From a virus, in the IMG/VR virus record IMGVR_UViG_3300045988_000143, positions 1 through 5,876 of that record: a DNA stretch of 5,876 nt; one strand, written 5' to 3'. The position numbers and the translations under genes were made by a program. This document shows, in pieces, positions 4,514 to 5,876 of the stretch; positions within the stretch are counted from its first letter, which is position 1; every line of letters begins with the position of its first letter. The notes beneath the pieces were generated by a model. That model saw nothing but the letters and a program-made list of their open reading frames with translations. It made no database searches and had not been told where the DNA came from.

Positions 4514-4753
4514 ATGGAACATCTGTATTATGGCCTGTGGGATAGCGTGGCAAAGTGCTACGCATGGGTAGGCGAGAGCAAGAACAATGCAACCTTCGCA
4601 CGTATGTGCAACGTAATGGCAAAGGATGAAAAAACCTTTGTAGGACAGGCGCCGGAAGATTATACCGGCTATAAGTTAGCAAAATTCAACGATGAAAGCG
4701 GCGAATTTGTCAACGACAAGGAGAAAGTTTGGGAGGGCAAGCCGCATGAATAA
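4514..4753 (+). CDS. VP5: VP5-like non-structural protein (ORF5 family), 79 aa
   Basis: ATG 4514 has AAGGA at 4502-4506. YYGLWDSVAKCYAWVGESKNNATFARMCNVM...APEDYTGYKLAKFNDESGEF follows the pattern of gokushovirus VP5 (aromatic-D-x-K-A...A-x-R-x-F...PEDY/F...G-x-F-D-D-x-x-G). It sits directly upstream of VP3. Confidence 0.6.
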   Translation: MEHLYYGLWDSVAKCYAWVGESKNNATFARMCNVMAKDEKTFVGQAPEDYTGYKLAKFNDESGEFVNDKEKVWEGKPHE

Positions 4754-5144
4754 ACGATACGAAGAAGGGCGAAAGCCCTTCTTTTCCAAATCAGGCGAAA
4801 AATTCCAAAAACAATACGTCTGGACAAAGGACGAAAAAGGGCAAGAAGTACTGAAAGAAACTGCGCCAATCGACATCCAACAGGAAATTGAAAGCTATTC
4901 GGACGAATGTGATATCAAAAACATCGTCCGAAAAGCAAGTTTTGACCCGCAGTTTCTGAAAAGCCTGTCAGAAGGAGCATTAAACGATACGTACACAGAT
5001 ATTACGGAATTCCCGCAAAACATCCATGAGTATCACCGCATGGTGGCGACCGCGCAAGCAAACGTCATGAAGCTTGAAGAACTGCAAAAAAAGGCGGCAG
5101 AAGAGCCTAAAGAAGAATCTAAAGCAAAGGATGGCGAAGAATGA
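4746..5144 (+). CDS. VP3: Internal scaffolding protein VP3, 132 aa
   Basis: ATG 4746 has GGGAGGG at 4731-4737 (8-nt spacing) and overlaps the VP5 stop (ATGAATAA). SYSDECDIKNIVRKASFDP...YTDITEFPQNIHEYHRMVATAQANVMKLEE resembles VP3 of Chlamydia-type microviruses, and the tail is acidic. The stop overlaps the VP1 ATG. The upstream ATG 4692 has no SD. Confidence 0.7.
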   Translation: MNKRYEEGRKPFFSKSGEKFQKQYVWTKDEKGQEVLKETAPIDIQQEIESYSDECDIKNIVRKASFDPQFLKSLSEGALNDTYTDITEFPQNIHEYHRMVATAQANVMKLEELQKKAAEEPKEESKAKDGEE

Positions 5145-5876
5145 ATCGAAACAATGAACGGCACTTCAATCAAATTCCAGAAATGAGAGCGAGCCGAACG
5201 CGATTCAACCGTGACCAGACGATTTTAACAACGTTCGACTCTGGCAAGCTGATTCCATTTTACGTTGACGAGGTATTACCGGGCGATACTTTCAACGTGG
5301 ATACATCGGCTATCATCCGCATGACCACACCGAAGTACCCGGTAATGGACGATGCATTTATCGACTTCTACTATTTCTACTGTCCCAACAGAATTTTGTG
5401 GGACAACTTCAAACAATTCATGGGAGAAGTAGAAGAAACACCATGGATGCCAAAAAAAGAGTATAGTGTACCACAAATCGAAATCCAAGGGTCAACAAAT
5501 GACCCTAAACCATATGAAGGCTCAATACTGGACTACATGGGAATCCCAACGAAAGTTAAAATGGTTTTCAAAGTAAATGCACTACCAATCAGAGCATACA
5601 CAATGATTTGGAACGAATTTTTTAGGGACGAAAATGTAGACAATGCGGCAGTCTTCAGTAGCAAAGACGAAAATAGGGTATACACAGACAGCAAAAAAGA
5701 AGAACAAATAGAAGAAAATCTAAAGAATGCAATAAGCGGCGGAAGATGCTTACCAGTCAACAAATTCCACGACTACTTCACGTCCTGTCTTCCTTATCCT
5801 CAGCGCGGGCCAGCAGTAACAGTTCCACTAAATGGGAACGCAGCTGTAAGCCTCTTCAGTAACCAAAGCTTAACCA
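5141..5876 (+). CDS. VP1: Major capsid protein VP1, N-terminal part (open to the window end; continues at base 56 of the window after the 55-nt duplicated overlap)
   Basis: ATG 5141 forms an ATGA overlap with the VP3 stop, with AAGGA at 5127-5131. I read no stop through 5876. MNRNNERHFNQIPEMRASRTRFNRDQTILTTFDSGKLIPFYVDEVLPGDTF...ILDYMGIP...ALPIRAYTMIWNEFFRDENV...HDYFTSCLPYPQRG are hallmark microvirus capsid blocks. It is missing from the track because it has no stop inside the window. Confidence 0.93.
   Translation, partial: MNRNNERHFNQIPEMRASRTRFNRDQTILTTFDSGKLIPFYVDEVLPGDTFNVDTSAIIRMTTPKYPVMDDAFIDFYYFYCPNRILWDNFKQFMGEVEETPWMPKKEYSVPQIEIQGSTNDPKPYEGSILDYMGIPTKVKMVFKVNALPIRAYTMIWNEFFRDENVDNAAVFSSKDENRVYTDSKKEEQIEENLKNAISGGRCLPVNKFHDYFTSCLPYPQRGPAVTVPLNGNAAVSLFSNQSLT
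5822..5876. repeat. 55-nt terminal overlap identical to 1-55 (circular-contig signature)
   Basis: Base-by-base identity of 5822-5876 with 1-55. The VP1 reading frame is continuous across the junction. Confidence 0.95.

Noticed and set aside
3402-4745. Longer N-terminal extensions offered by the ORF track (starts at 3402 TTG, 3613 TTG, 3941 ATG, 4107 ATG and 4692 ATG).
   Set aside because: None has an SD, and each lies inside the preceding gene or, for 3402, on the promoter -35. In every case a downstream in-frame ATG has a strong SD at 6-9 nt (3459, 3643, 4037, 4164, 4746).
35-5763. All minus-strand ORFs in the track: 35..256, 232..438, 324..578, 694..924, 764..1036, 1000..1284, 1478..1690, 2579..2905, 3106..3453, 3968..4252, 4117..4386, 4299..4682, 4669..4869, 4676..4876, 5276..5488 and 5533..5763.
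   Set aside because: Almost all lie antisense to strongly supported + strand genes. The exception, 3106..3453, lies antisense to the non-coding repeat region. Their translations are Leu/Phe/Cys/Ser-rich low-complexity strings, as expected from reading an A-rich coding strand backwards. I saw no SD sites, and microviruses are transcribed from one strand only.
1-5876. tRNA, rRNA, integrase, transposase, toxin-antitoxin or defence-system genes.
   Set aside because: I saw no cloverleaf-compatible sequence or family hallmark. Canonical microvirus genes, the four accessory genes and the non-coding region account for the whole coding capacity.

Overview
The window is one complete, circularly permuted genome of a small ssDNA phage of the family Microviridae, with a gokushovirus-like gene set. 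The unit length is about 5,821 nt, and bases 1-55 recur exactly at 5822-5876. All credible genes are on the + strand. The major capsid gene VP1 starts at 5141, runs off the window end and continues in frame at base 1 to 1005 (561 aa in total). It is followed by VP2 (DNA pilot/minor capsid, 1044-1880) and VP4 (HUH rolling-circle replication initiator, 1877-2896). Next comes an unusually long non-coding region of about 560 nt (2897-3458). It holds a strong terminator hairpin, two 20-nt perfectly alternating pyrimidine-purine GC-rich blocks, an 8-copy GTTGAA iteron array and a near-consensus sigma70 promoter. Downstream is an accessory block of a 63-aa orphan, an M15-family zinc peptidase (candidate endolysin), a 40-aa orphan and a 75-aa orphan. 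The genome closes with a 40-aa arginine-rich J/ORF8-like DNA-binding protein (absent from the ORF track), a VP5-like protein and the VP3 internal scaffolding protein. Genes are tightly packed and nearly all carry strong Shine-Dalgarno sites, with 4-, 8- and 17-nt overlaps. All minus-strand ORFs look like antisense artefacts. The most interesting material is the composite non-coding region (candidate origin or control elements that I cannot match to anything I know to be described for microviruses) and the peptidase-centred accessory block, which has no recognisable holin.
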